Notes: generated by a model not told the origin, from the letters alone. A stretch of DNA of 64,000 bases from an uncultured Methanolobus sp. (GCA_963675495.1 OY776215.1:640001-704000), one strand, 5' to 3'. Numbered from the stretch's first letter, positions 11,701-21,877 are shown. A program made the numbers and translations.

Positions 11701-13138
11701 GCTTACTGTAGACCTCACGGAACAGGATACACAGATGCCGACCCCATCAGCAGACTACACTTCAACACAAACTCCGGTTTATGATAATAGGCTGCGTGAA
11801 GCATCTGCTGATGCCACACTTGGACAAAATAATTATATAGACATTGGAAATAAAAAGAATTATGGCAGTTACAGGGATGTCATATGGTTTGACCTGAGTG
11901 ACTACAGTGAAACAGATACTATCACCAACGCAGATCTAGAACTATTCTGGTATTATCCTTCTGATTCCACCAGGGATGAAGACACGATCGTAGACATATA
12001 TAGAGCGGATGACTGGGATCCAGACTACGTAAGCTGGAGCAACAGTGAAGCTGGCACACAATGGAACAATGCAGGAGGAGACTGGTTCGATAAGAACAAT
12101 GTTGCCCAGGGAAGCACACCTTATGCATCAATAACTTTCAAAGCAACTGATGTACCTGACAACCAATATTATGAGTTTGATGTCACACAGCTTGTACAGG
12201 AGTTTGTCAACGGTGAATACGGCAATACTGGCTTCTTCCTCAAGGCAAGGGACGAGAACAGTAATTACATAGCATTCTACAGTTCTGACATAAGCGATCC
12301 AGACAAGATGCCAAAGCTAACTATAGATCACACAACAGGACAGAGCTCTGCAAGTGTACCTGAAACACCATTAAACACAGCACCAGTTATTAACTCGATT
12401 AGTGCAAGATCAGTTGATGAAACAGATACACTTACATTTGTGGTCAGTGCTACAGATGCAGATGGTGACGCTTTGACATACTCTGCAACAAGTCTTCCGG
12501 CAGGTGCAAGCTTTAACACGGCTTCAGGTCTATTCTCATGGACACCTTCAAAGGGTGACTCAGGAATTTATACTGTAACCTTTACTGTCACAGATGGTGA
12601 TCTGATTGATAGCACAACAAGCAGAATAACTGTCAATGAGCTGGATTCTGCACCTGTTGTTGAGCAGAATAATGCGCCTTCAATAACACTCTTTGAACCT
12701 TCTGCAAACACTGTGTTTGAGGAGGGTTCAACTGTGAATATAAAAGTGACTGCAAGTGATGCAGATGGCCAAAGTTTAAGCTACATCATCAAGATCAACG
12801 GAGAAACTGTCAGTACTTCAGCAGATTACAGCTGGGTTCTGGATCATTCATCTGCAGGTACATACACCATCAAGGCAGTGGTGAGTGACGGCATAGATGA
12901 TGTTAGTGCAGAGCACACTATAACCATCACAGAGCAAACTACAACCATCACAGATGTGCCAAGATGGGATGTAAATGAAGATGGAATTGTGAATGTTCTT
13001 GACATCACCTTAATAGGACAGAACTACGGCACGACCTACACAGGTGATCTACCTCGCTGGGATGTGAACCAGGATGGTGTTGTGAACATTCTGGATCTTT
13101 CGATTGTGTCAAGTCACATGGGCGAAACAACAAATTAG
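8762..13138 (+). CDS. Secreted disaggregatase-related surface protein: parallel beta-helix + 3 DNRLRE domains + PKD + cadherin/He_PIG-like Ig + C-terminal dockerin
   Basis: Signal peptide; PbH1-type repeats; three YDNRLRE motifs; PKD (TLDGSGSTDD..SYRWDFD..HTYDTAGIY); SATDADGDALTYSA..LPAGASFN; duplicated Ca-loop DVNEDGIVNVLD / DVNQDGVVNILD. AGGAGA ribosome-binding site. Confidence 0.88.
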   Translation: MMTNYLRILLACLFIFLLFIPISFCSQATAQIVYVATDDSGDYKCDGTDDHIEINQALSYIDSMGGGTVWLKSGTYTIDNALIIGSDATLTGDSDSIVTIPNNAGWMENLPLIKSQSNDNVTICGFQIDGNRDNQPEPTGYGWYRLVEFQETTNIKVHDMQMSGSSSDDIKCEFSYVDVNAKNVDIYDNTIYRSGHDCIYILRMNGISVYNNKLTTRTNSGVRLYNSNHADIYDNYITSNGGGNAGIEIQRYSSVPYVTDVEIYNNVIDKTNIYGISVTGNGEYDIDTAKGVNIHHNIIKNVATDWDNPAIAGINVVAWNGTIIENNVIDGCYRNGIMSHEKYSSNPDLWVTSFSGSGYTTYVRNNIITGIVARDGDGFGIHNDLFDTHTIIAENNCLYDNDISNYKGNGITYNNDIYVDPLFADSSNHDYHLKSTAGRISGSGWVFDTISSPLIDSGNPLSDWSNEPESNGDRINIGVYGNTAEASKSVSDEEVIPTTDSTSTQSLVYDNRLRESTPDETLAGSSYIDIGHNDGEERFRDVMKFDLSEYDTTDIVSSATLSLAWYYPADTTRTSDTIVEIYRADDWNPSQVSWSDSAYGTPWNNPGGDWFDKNNVAQGTTPYASVTFKANDIPDNQYYEFDVTELVQEYVSGKYSNTGFFIKARNENNNYIAFYSSEWNDTDQRPKLTIDLTEQDVQRPTASAGSDQTIPAGETVTLDGSGSTDDVGIASYRWDFDESDGIQQEAAGAVVQHTYDTAGIYTATITVADISGNTDSENVIITVIDEEGIPTTSSTSTQSQVYDNRLRESTPDETLAGSSYIDIGHNDGEERFRDVMKFDLSAYDTTDIVSSATLSLTWYYPTATTRNSDTIVEIYRADDWNPNQVSWSNSATGTPWNNPGGDWFDKNNVAQGSTPYASVTFKASNLPDNQYYEFDVTELVQEYVSGKYSNTGFFIKARDENNNYIAFYSSEWSDTNQRPKLTVDLTEQDTQMPTPSADYTSTQTPVYDNRLREASADATLGQNNYIDIGNKKNYGSYRDVIWFDLSDYSETDTITNADLELFWYYPSDSTRDEDTIVDIYRADDWDPDYVSWSNSEAGTQWNNAGGDWFDKNNVAQGSTPYASITFKATDVPDNQYYEFDVTQLVQEFVNGEYGNTGFFLKARDENSNYIAFYSSDISDPDKMPKLTIDHTTGQSSASVPETPLNTAPVINSISARSVDETDTLTFVVSATDADGDALTYSATSLPAGASFNTASGLFSWTPSKGDSGIYTVTFTVTDGDLIDSTTSRITVNELDSAPVVEQNNAPSITLFEPSANTVFEEGSTVNIKVTASDADGQSLSYIIKINGETVSTSADYSWVLDHSSAGTYTIKAVVSDGIDDVSAEHTITITEQTTTITDVPRWDVNEDGIVNVLDITLIGQNYGTTYTGDLPRWDVNQDGVVNILDLSIVSSHMGETTN
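10262..12330 (+). repeat. Intragenic triplication of the DNRLRE domain
   Basis: Copies begin at about 10262, 11141 and 11757. Copies 1 and 2 (879 bp apart) share long identical nucleotide runs; copy 3 is more diverged. Confidence 0.85.
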
Positions 13139-13169
13139 GGCGCACATCCTGCGCCTCTTTTTTTATTTT
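13139..13169 (+). terminator. Hairpin plus T-tract terminator
   Basis: GGCGCA-CATCC-TGCGCC followed by TCTTTTTTTATTTT directly after the stop codon. Confidence 0.7.
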
Positions 13170-13302
13170 GATATAATGAACTCGATAATTTATCGAGGAA
13201 TGTCCATAATATAGTAATTGAAATATTAAAGTTGTCAGAGTTATTCTCCATCAAAACACTATCTCGGATAGATTTATATCTTCAACTGTTTTATTTATTA
13301 AC

Positions 13303-13887
13303 ATGCCCTATCCGATTGCACATGTTATGTTCTTTGTACTTTGCATCAGTACAGTTATGGTGTATGCAACTCTTGTAGCCCTCTTGCGCAAAAAACTTTC
13401 GTACAAAAAAAGCATACGTATCTTGATACTACTATTTGTAGGAAGTTTCAGTGCATTATTACCTGACATGATGGCTGTTTACAGTATCCTTGTAAATGGT
13501 ACTGTGGAACACTGTCATATCGGTTCTATCGCAACGCATTCATTACTTTTCAGCTTTTCTGCAATCCTGTTTGGAACGGTTGTGGGATATACAGTATATA
13601 GAAAATTAAACAAGGCTGCTTACATGGGTATTTTTGCTGAATCAGCGTTCCTCTCACACCTATTGCTGGACGACCTTGCCAGGTACGAAATGGACTATTT
13701 TTATCCAATATATAATAAACCAATCAGTATATTCTCGTATGTAGATGTGGAATTTGCACGAGTTAATTTCCTTCATTATCTTTTAGCATGTTATGTGGCA
13801 ATATTTTCGCTGTTCATTGTCATTATGATGGCGTTGTTCGCGTTGAATCATCTGGGTTTTGAGTTCACGTACGATCCCGAAAAGTAA
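13303..13887 (+). CDS. Membrane-bound metal-dependent hydrolase (YdjM/DUF457-like)
   Basis: N-terminal His (PIAH), ALLPD, THSLLF and SHLLLDDL motifs among transmembrane helices. Confidence 0.8.
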   Translation: MPYPIAHVMFFVLCISTVMVYATLVALLRKKLSYKKSIRILILLFVGSFSALLPDMMAVYSILVNGTVEHCHIGSIATHSLLFSFSAILFGTVVGYTVYRKLNKAAYMGIFAESAFLSHLLLDDLARYEMDYFYPIYNKPISIFSYVDVEFARVNFLHYLLACYVAIFSLFIVIMMALFALNHLGFEFTYDPEK

Positions 13888-14132
13888 TATTTGTCTGAAC
13901 TTGGATTGTGGGTATCAGGCCAATGCCTGGAAAACATTTTTGTTTCTGGAACAAATATTTAGTCATAGGTGAGTGGAGTAACCTAATAATATCTAAAATA
14001 AAAATATCTAAATTAAATTATTTTACTACAAATAAAATTCTGAGTAAAAAAACATATCTGTGACAAATATCTAATTACTTAATAAATAATTAGGGTTTGT
14101 GTTATATTATACGTTGCCACGGGAGGACATAA

Positions 14133-15392
14133 TTGAAAACCAAGTTTTATTTTACAATGGTTTTTGTTTTTCTGACAATGAATATTGCTGCTGCAGCGGA
14201 TTTGCATGTGTATCCAAATAGTACGATTCAAAATGCTATAAGCATCGCTCTTCCTGGTGATACAGTAATTGTTCATAACGGAACGTATAAAGAAAACGTG
14301 AATGTGGACAAAACGTTAGCTATAACATCACATTCCAAAAATCCCACAGACACTATTGTTGAAGCTGCTGATAAGAACAAGCCTGCTTTTTATGTATCTG
14401 CAGATAGCGTGAATATAAATGGTTTTTATATAACAGGCACCTCAGGTTTGAACATACACGGAATACACCTAGTTTCCAGCAATAACAGCACAATAAGCAA
14501 TAACAAAGTAAGTTTTATCGAACATGGAGATGGAATCCATCTTGTTTATTCTAACAACAACATGTTGAGTAATAACACTCTAGATATGAACGGTCTGGAT
14601 GGAATCAGATTATCTCATTCTAAAAATAATATATTGAACAGCAACATGGCATTGGACAATGGTTGGAATGGTTTCTTTTCTGAGGTCGCCAGTGGAAACA
14701 TACTGAGTAATAATGCTGCATCAGGAAATGATCTGGCAGGTATAAATGGTTACATGTCTGAAAAAGACATCTTTGTGCATAATTACCTATCAGAAAATGA
14801 GATTGGAATTTACCTATATAATTCTCAAGACATGATCATAAGCGGTAATAATGCTTCCAGCAATGAGCAAGGGATATACCTGCATGTATGCCCCAATACC
14901 AATTCAGTAGATAGTAACAAAGTATTGAACAATGTTAATGGACTTTTTCTTGTAAAAGTGAGTAAAAGCAAGATAAATGATAACAATGTATCCAGGAATA
15001 ACTATGGCATGTATCTGAGTGAATCAAGTAATAATAACACTATCTATAACAATTATTTCAACAATACAAGAAATATTGAACTTGATATCCACAACAATGG
15101 CAATTTTTGGAATATAACAAAAACACAAGGAACAAACATTATCAATGGACCGTATCTTGGAGGGAACTACTGGGCACAACCAGATGGTAAAGGTTTCAGC
15201 CAGATAAACAAAGATGTTAATGCTGATGGGATTGTAAATTCACCCTACAAAATAACTGAGAACAATGTAGATTACCTACCACTCACAGTAACTGACAAAA
15301 ACTCTCAATCACTCCTTACTGTTCTAATACTGGGCATGATTATGATCATAACTGTATTTTTCCTTAGGAGAACACTTAAAAAATATATATAG
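14133..15392 (+). CDS. NosD/CASH right-handed beta-helix cell-surface protein with C-terminal membrane anchor
   Basis: Signal peptide; TIQNAI..PGDTVIVHNGTYKENV; GI.L..S.NN repeats; IYNNYFN; GGNYW; DYLPL; hydrophobic tail ending RRTLKK. Confidence 0.87.
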   Translation: MKTKFYFTMVFVFLTMNIAAAADLHVYPNSTIQNAISIALPGDTVIVHNGTYKENVNVDKTLAITSHSKNPTDTIVEAADKNKPAFYVSADSVNINGFYITGTSGLNIHGIHLVSSNNSTISNNKVSFIEHGDGIHLVYSNNNMLSNNTLDMNGLDGIRLSHSKNNILNSNMALDNGWNGFFSEVASGNILSNNAASGNDLAGINGYMSEKDIFVHNYLSENEIGIYLYNSQDMIISGNNASSNEQGIYLHVCPNTNSVDSNKVLNNVNGLFLVKVSKSKINDNNVSRNNYGMYLSESSNNNTIYNNYFNNTRNIELDIHNNGNFWNITKTQGTNIINGPYLGGNYWAQPDGKGFSQINKDVNADGIVNSPYKITENNVDYLPLTVTDKNSQSLLTVLILGMIMIITVFFLRRTLKKYI

Positions 15393-15594
15393 GAACATTG
15401 TAACCCAGTACGAAACATAAAATATTCAATGGTCCTTTGAAAATGAAATGGAGTAATTCATGTTTGCTTACAACATATGAATTAAATCTCTGACTATGCG
15501 AAGAACAATTATGCTTTTTTTGTAAGCCAGCCTATAATGCCATATTGCAGTTTTATCTTTTCATTTATGCTTACATTCATGATGTTGACAGAGA

Positions 15595-17154
15595 TCAGTA
15601 ACCATTCATTATGCGATTAGACTCCTGCATATCGAACAGCATCGCAAACAGAGTGAACTGTATACCCATGATCAAAAACAATGCATCCATCAAAGGCAGG
15701 TTTGCAGACACGCTCCAGCCCAGCAACAATTTTGCAGCAACTATGTATCCACCCAACAAAACCCCTATTGGAACAAGTACCATCCCAAGTGCATAGAACA
15801 ACACCAGGGGATGGAAGCTCAAGATCATGTATTTCATTTTGAGCCTCCACAAAAATTTTTGGAAGAGCATGATTGAAACTTTACCCATATAGCTTCCATA
15901 TTTAATAGTGGAGCGCTCCTGACCGTAGCGAGCAGGCATGGCTACATCAGCAGTGCGCAGACCAAATGTATTCAATTTCACCAATATATCGTTGCAATAA
16001 CCATAGTAGGTGTAGAGATTTTGCAGGTCTATACTGGAAAGTGCTTTTTTAGATATGGCCGTGTAACCATTCTGGGGGTCCATGATATGCCAATAACCAC
16101 TGGATATCTTAGTTATCATCGTGAGCAAGCCGTTGCCGAATGATCTCCATTTGCTCATACCTACACGATACTCCTCATTAAGAAGACGGTTGCCTTTAGT
16201 ATAATCAGCTTTTCCTTCGATGATAGGCATCAGAAGATTAGGAAGTTGCATCGGATTCATCTGGTTATCACCACCCATAACCACAACTATATCCATGTTC
16301 TCCATCAAAGCCTTTTGATAACCATGCAGAATGGCTGCACCAACTCCCTGATTTACTTCGTGAGTAATAATATTCATTCGATGGTCATCTATAGACTCGA
16401 GTACATCACCTGTGTTATCGGTGCTGCAGTCGTTGGTGACGTATATCCGACTTACATATTCAGGAATACCATTTACTGTAGCTTTGATCAGTTTTTCCTC
16501 GTTGTATGCAGGAACAACAACACCTATACGATATTCCTGAAAAAGGTCAAAGTCATGATTACACAAACGTGACACTTGAAGCATTTTCACATCGAAACCT
16601 GCATTTTTTGCATCCTTAAGAAGAGAAAGTTCAATTGAGCTGCCGTTTTCAGAGAATTGAAGAGATTCAAATGTACTTGATGAAAATGCAGTGAATCCAA
16701 TGCATAAATCTACGAGATCCGTACTCAAGAGAGTATCACCATGTAAAGAATCCTCCAGATGATCATCCACACCTATAATGGATAAAATATCCTGATCTTT
16801 AAACAGCGTATTCCCGGAAACAACATCTGCCTCAAGCCAATATATAGACTCAACAAGCTTTGGTATATCTTCGGGGTTATGATAACCATTTGCATAGAGA
16901 GTAACGATTATCTGAGGATGCAGTTTCCTTGCAGCTTCAAATCCTGACTTTAAGGCTTCGGCCCTTCCTAAATTTCGCTCATGTTTCACAAGCCTTACTC
17001 CAAGACTTTGAGCAATAAAAGCAGTTGCATCTTTGCTGCAGTCATCAACGACAATTATCTCGTCCACATAATATTTGGCTTTTTTTATCACATCATAGAT
17101 GTGTACTTCTTCATTAAAAGCAGGTATAACTGCTACAATAGACATTATTACCAC
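15595..17154 (-). CDS. Two-domain glycosyltransferase family 2 (DPM1-like) with C-terminal TM helices
   Basis: Two GT-A starts: VIPAFNEE..VVDDCSKD and VVPAYNEE..NDCSTD. Second domain has GGDNQM, KGNR and DPQNGY. Confidence 0.88.
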   Translation of the reverse strand: MVIMSIVAVIPAFNEEVHIYDVIKKAKYYVDEIIVVDDCSKDATAFIAQSLGVRLVKHERNLGRAEALKSGFEAARKLHPQIIVTLYANGYHNPEDIPKLVESIYWLEADVVSGNTLFKDQDILSIIGVDDHLEDSLHGDTLLSTDLVDLCIGFTAFSSSTFESLQFSENGSSIELSLLKDAKNAGFDVKMLQVSRLCNHDFDLFQEYRIGVVVPAYNEEKLIKATVNGIPEYVSRIYVTNDCSTDNTGDVLESIDDHRMNIITHEVNQGVGAAILHGYQKALMENMDIVVVMGGDNQMNPMQLPNLLMPIIEGKADYTKGNRLLNEEYRVGMSKWRSFGNGLLTMITKISSGYWHIMDPQNGYTAISKKALSSIDLQNLYTYYGYCNDILVKLNTFGLRTADVAMPARYGQERSTIKYGSYMGKVSIMLFQKFLWRLKMKYMILSFHPLVLFYALGMVLVPIGVLLGGYIVAAKLLLGWSVSANLPLMDALFLIMGIQFTLFAMLFDMQESNRIMNGY

Positions 17155-17659
17155 CCTAATTTTTTTATTCTAGTGCCACATACATCCTACCTTTGAAAAT
17201 TCAATTTCAGCAATAAGTGTATGCATGCAATGCAAGGATTCTCCCCATTGGAGAAATTGCTTCATATGATTTAACAGTTGCTATACTTAGCTCCAATTTA
17301 CTTTATAAAACATACTAAATATTAGTACACAAGCCATTGGTTTTGCTCATCTATAAATAAATTAAAACTTGGACAAAATTATTAATCCTATAAAGAAATA
17401 GATAAGGAGATGGATACATGAATTGCATGAAATTAAATATCGCACTTATCTTTGCAGCATATATAGCCGATCTATTAGCAATTTGAAGAAGCTTGTTAGT
17501 AATTTATGGTTCTCTTTAAACTAAAATTGAATGCCTATTATTATTAGTAGTAGTATAGATGTGATATGGGAGAACTATGACCTAAATTAATGATCTTAGC
17601 AGTGCAATCACAATAACTGAAGAAATTTATATATACAAAAACTCTTAAATGACGTGCAT

Positions 17660-18337
17660 ATGAGTGGGAGCCTCCAAAACAACACGTATATTCACAGAAC
17701 TGCAAACCTTTACGGTTCCAGCAGCATCGGTGATAGCTCGGTAGTCCTTGAAAATGTCATGCTGGGGTATCCACAGCATAGCATCCTGATGGAGATAACA
17801 AAAGCCGGTATTGAAATGGATGACTATGACTTTCCGGGATCAATAATAGGGAACAATGCATTCATAAGAGCCGGAAGCACGATCTTCAGCAATGTCCGGG
17901 CTGGGAATAATTTTAAGACCGGACATAATGCAATGATCAGGGAGAATACCGCAATAGGAGACAATGTGCTCATTGGCACTAATGTTATCATTGACGGTAA
18001 TGTAAGTATAGGGAACAATGTCAGTATCCAGGGAAATGTGTATATTCCCACACATGTGGCCATAGAGGATAATGTATTCATTGGACCTTGTGCCGTGCTT
18101 GCCAATGACAGATACCCCATAAGAGGAGAGTATCACCCTGAAGGACCAGTACTTCGAAAAGGAGCATCAATTGGAGCAAATGCTACCCTCATACCAGGAG
18201 TTGAGATTGGTGAAGGCGCAATGGTGGCTGCCGGAGCACTGGTAACAAAGGATGTACCTGCATGGAAACTGGCAATCGGTTGTCCTGCAAAGATAGTTGA
18301 TCTTCCGGATAAACTGGAAACTATTAATAACATATAA
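17660..18337 (+). CDS. WbpD-like UDP-sugar 3-N-acetyltransferase (LbH)
   Basis: Hexapeptide repeats; [12 protein letters not shown]; [17 protein letters not shown]. First gene of a wbpD-E-B-A-like run. Confidence 0.82.
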   Translation: MSGSLQNNTYIHRTANLYGSSSIGDSSVVLENVMLGYPQHSILMEITKAGIEMDDYDFPGSIIGNNAFIRAGSTIFSNVRAGNNFKTGHNAMIRENTAIGDNVLIGTNVIIDGNVSIGNNVSIQGNVYIPTHVAIEDNVFIGPCAVLANDRYPIRGEYHPEGPVLRKGASIGANATLIPGVEIGEGAMVAAGALVTKDVPAWKLAIGCPAKIVDLPDKLETINNI

Positions 18338-18392
18338 GCCTATAATATAAATATATCCTTATTTTTATACAATTCGGGAGAAAATCTAAATC

Positions 18393-19478
18393 ATGATACC
18401 CATTGCAAAACCACAGCTTGATGATGCAGAGGTCAAGGCAGTAAGCGATGTGCTTCGCTCAGGAATAATAGCTGAAGGACAGCGTGTGGCACAATTTGAG
18501 CAGGAATTCGCTGAATACGCAGGTACGGAATATGCAGTTGCCGTTAATTCTGGTACTGCAGCCCTTCATGCTGCTTTACTTGCCCATGGCATAGGCAAAG
18601 GTGATGAGGTTATCACCAGTTCTTTTAGTTTTATAGCCACTGCAAATTCAATACTTTTCACTGGTGCAAAGCCAGTATTTGCAGATATCGAAGCCGACAC
18701 ATTCAACCTTGACCCTAAGCTTATCAAGGAGAAAATTACCCCTGCAACAAAAGCCATTATGCCTGTGCATCTCTATGGTCAGCCTGCAGATATGGATCTA
18801 ATGACAGATATGGCAGAGGATCATGACCTTATCCTGATAGAGGATGCATGCCAGGCACATGGAGCCACTTACAGTGGCAAAAAAGTTGGTTCTTTTGGTA
18901 CCGGAGCATTCAGTTTCTATCCGACAAAGAACATGACGACCAGCGAAGGTGGTATGATCACCACAAACAAAAAAGATGTGGCAGACAAAGCACGTATGAT
19001 ACGCTCACATGGTTCAAAACAACGGTATCTGCATGAGATACTCGGATACAACCTGCGCATGACAGATATCTCAGCAGCCATTGGACTTACACAGCTCAAA
19101 AAGCTTTCAGAATATACATCTAAAAGGCAACACAATGCAAAATTGTTCACTGAAAACCTCAGGGACATCAACGAAATACAATGTCCTACGATCAGGGAAA
19201 GGTGCAATCATGTCTTTCACCAATATACCATTAGAACCAAGAACCGTGACTCTTTAGCAGAGCATCTTAAGAACAAAGGCATTGGAACAGGCATTTACTA
19301 TCCAATACCCATCCATAAGCAGCCATATTACAAAGATCTCGGATACAGTGACAATCTGCTGGTGACAGAAAAAGCTTCCAGGGAAGTGCTCTCCTTGCCA
19401 GTACATCCAGGAGTTACGGATGAGGACATCACCACCATAAGCAATACTATCAGAGACTGGAATGATTCAAAATGTTGA
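18393..19478 (+). CDS. WbpE-like DegT-family aminotransferase
   Basis: MIPIAKP, PVHLYGQPAD, EDACQAHGA, SFYPTKNMTTSEGG, GYNLRM. Confidence 0.92.
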   Translation: MIPIAKPQLDDAEVKAVSDVLRSGIIAEGQRVAQFEQEFAEYAGTEYAVAVNSGTAALHAALLAHGIGKGDEVITSSFSFIATANSILFTGAKPVFADIEADTFNLDPKLIKEKITPATKAIMPVHLYGQPADMDLMTDMAEDHDLILIEDACQAHGATYSGKKVGSFGTGAFSFYPTKNMTTSEGGMITTNKKDVADKARMIRSHGSKQRYLHEILGYNLRMTDISAAIGLTQLKKLSEYTSKRQHNAKLFTENLRDINEIQCPTIRERCNHVFHQYTIRTKNRDSLAEHLKNKGIGTGIYYPIPIHKQPYYKDLGYSDNLLVTEKASREVLSLPVHPGVTDEDITTISNTIRDWNDSKC

Positions 19479-20410
19479 AAGTTGGAGTTATCGGCGCCGG
19501 AGCCATGGGAAAGAACCACATACGCATCTACAGTGAAATGTCAGGTGTGGAACTTGCAGGCATCTCAGACATTGACAGGGAACTTGTGGATGGACTTGCA
19601 AAGCAGTATCATACAAAGGCTTTTACAGATTACAAAGAACTTCTTGCTGAAGGACTTGATGCCGTAAGCATTGTGGTCCCTACAAAAATGCACAGGCAAG
19701 TGGCCATAGATGCTATCGATGCCGGTGCACACGTACTGGTAGAAAAACCAATTGCTGACAGCGTTGAGAATGCACGAGCCATAATTGAAGCTGCTAAAAA
19801 CAACGATCGTCTTCTGATGGTGGGACATATCGAGAGGTTCAACCCCGCTGTCATCAAATTAAAAGAAATAATAGATTCAGGCCTGCTTGGTAAGATCGTC
19901 TCGATATCCACAACAAGGGTCGGCCCTTATAATCCCAGAATAAGAGATGTAGGAGTCATACTGGATATCGGTGTGCATGATATTGATGTCATTTCCTACC
20001 TCTACGGTACACATGTCAACCAGGTATATGCTGTAGCTGGTGCAGACATCCATTCCTTTGAAGACCATGCCACCATCCACATGCGCCTAAACCACGCGTT
20101 TTCCGGTCTTGTAGAAGTGAACTGGTTGACCCCGCACAAAGTCAGAAAGCTTACAGCCGTGGGTGTAGGTGGCGTTGCTTACCTGGACTACATCGACCAG
20201 ACAGTGGAACTGCATGATAGCGGATGGGTAAGGAAAGCAAAGATAGAGTTTAAAGAGCCCCTTAAAAATGAACTTGAATACTTCATCGATTGCATTAACA
20301 AAGGAAAGCAACCTGAACCTTGCGGAATGGACGGCAAGCACGCCCTAAGAGTAAGCCTGGCTGCTATCAGTTCCTACAAAGAAGAAAAATTAATAGAAAT
20401 AAATGAGTGA
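19472..20410 (+). CDS. Gfo/Idh/MocA oxidoreductase, WbpB/GnnA-like UDP-GlcNAc(A) 3-dehydrogenase
   Basis: GAGAMGKNH, HVLVEKP, GHIERFNPA, DIGVHDID. Overlaps both neighbouring genes. Confidence 0.9.
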   Translation: MLKVGVIGAGAMGKNHIRIYSEMSGVELAGISDIDRELVDGLAKQYHTKAFTDYKELLAEGLDAVSIVVPTKMHRQVAIDAIDAGAHVLVEKPIADSVENARAIIEAAKNNDRLLMVGHIERFNPAVIKLKEIIDSGLLGKIVSISTTRVGPYNPRIRDVGVILDIGVHDIDVISYLYGTHVNQVYAVAGADIHSFEDHATIHMRLNHAFSGLVEVNWLTPHKVRKLTAVGVGGVAYLDYIDQTVELHDSGWVRKAKIEFKEPLKNELEYFIDCINKGKQPEPCGMDGKHALRVSLAAISSYKEEKLIEINE

Positions 20411-20415
20411 TCATC

Positions 20416-21849
20416 ATGAGTCAAAAACTTGAGAATATACTGGAAGAAAAAGGCCCTATCAAAACCATTGGTGTCATTGGCATGGGATATGTGGGCATCC
20501 CTGCTGCTGCCCTGTTCGCAGATTCTGATAAATTCGATAAGGTATTGGGATTCCAGAGAGATTCAGCCTCATCAGGATATAAGATTGAGATGCTAAACAG
20601 TGGTGAAAGTCCCCTCAAAGGAGAAGAACCCGGCCTTGAGGAATTACTAAAAAAAGTAGTTGAAGCAGGAAAGTTCGAATGTACACCGGATTTTTCAAGA
20701 ATATCCGAAGTGGATGCAATTACTCTGGCCATACAGACACCCTTTGCAGATTCAAAAGCACTAGAACCTGATTTTGGAGCCCTTAAAGAAGGAATCCGCA
20801 ATGTAGGTAGATATCTGCGACCAGGTATGCTCGTGGTACTCGAATCCACCATCACACCCGGAACTACAGAAACCATGGCAAAGGACATACTGGAAAAGGA
20901 ATCCGGTCTTAAAGCAGGCGAAGATTTCGCATTGGCCCATGCGCCGGAGAGGGTAATGGTAGGAAGACTTCTTCGCAATATTCAGGAACATGACCGTATT
21001 GTAGGAGGTATTGACCAGCCAAGCACCGATAGGGCAGTGCAACTTTACAGTCCCGTACTTACAAAGGGCAAGGTCATACCCATGAGTGCTACTGCGGCCG
21101 AGGTAACAAAAACTGCAGAGAACACTTTCAGGGACCTGCAAATAGCAGCAGCAAACCAACTTGCACTGTACTGTGAGACCATGGGCATCAACGTCTATGA
21201 TGTCAGAGCGGGAATTGATAGCCTCAAAGGAGAAGGCATCACCAGAGCCATACTCTGGCCAGGTGCAGGTGTTGGCGGTCATTGTCTTACAAAGGACACA
21301 TACCATCTTGAACGTGGTGTCAAAATGGGAAGTGAAGCCCTTGACTATCCGCAGGATGCGGAATCGATCTATGTACTTGCGCGCAGGGTCAACGACTTCA
21401 TGCCTGTCCATATGTACAATCTGACAGTTGCTGCTCTTAAAAGACTTGATAAGGACATCAAAGGTTCAAAGATCGCTATGTTAGGCTGGGCTTTTATCAA
21501 CGACTCAGATGATGCGCGTAACCCACCTTCAGAACCTTACAGGGATATGGTCATTGAAGCAGGTGCTGAACTGCTCGTCCATGACCCCCATGTCTTGAAC
21601 TATCCAGATGTTGAGATACATAAGGATATAAAAGAGGTAATTTCAGGTTCTGATGCAGTAGTGATCTTCACCGGCCACAAAGAATACTTTAATCTGAAGC
21701 CTGATGACATAAAGAAAATGACAGGTATGGAAAATACTGTAATTATAGATGGTAGGAATGTAATAGATCCTGATCTATTTATCAATTCAGGCTTTGTGTA
21801 CAAGGGTATAGGCCGAGGCGACAAGAATGGTCACGAGATCATAAGCTAA
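20416..21849 (+). CDS. Nucleotide-sugar 6-dehydrogenase (WbpA/WecC family)
   Basis: GMGYVG, ESTITPGTT, PERV, KTAENTFRD, GVGGHCL (catalytic Cys), DGRN. Confidence 0.92.
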   Translation: MSQKLENILEEKGPIKTIGVIGMGYVGIPAAALFADSDKFDKVLGFQRDSASSGYKIEMLNSGESPLKGEEPGLEELLKKVVEAGKFECTPDFSRISEVDAITLAIQTPFADSKALEPDFGALKEGIRNVGRYLRPGMLVVLESTITPGTTETMAKDILEKESGLKAGEDFALAHAPERVMVGRLLRNIQEHDRIVGGIDQPSTDRAVQLYSPVLTKGKVIPMSATAAEVTKTAENTFRDLQIAAANQLALYCETMGINVYDVRAGIDSLKGEGITRAILWPGAGVGGHCLTKDTYHLERGVKMGSEALDYPQDAESIYVLARRVNDFMPVHMYNLTVAALKRLDKDIKGSKIAMLGWAFINDSDDARNPPSEPYRDMVIEAGAELLVHDPHVLNYPDVEIHKDIKEVISGSDAVVIFTGHKEYFNLKPDDIKKMTGMENTVIIDGRNVIDPDLFINSGFVYKGIGRGDKNGHEIIS

Positions 21850-21877
21850 AAAAATAAAAAATGAAGCAAAACCAGGT

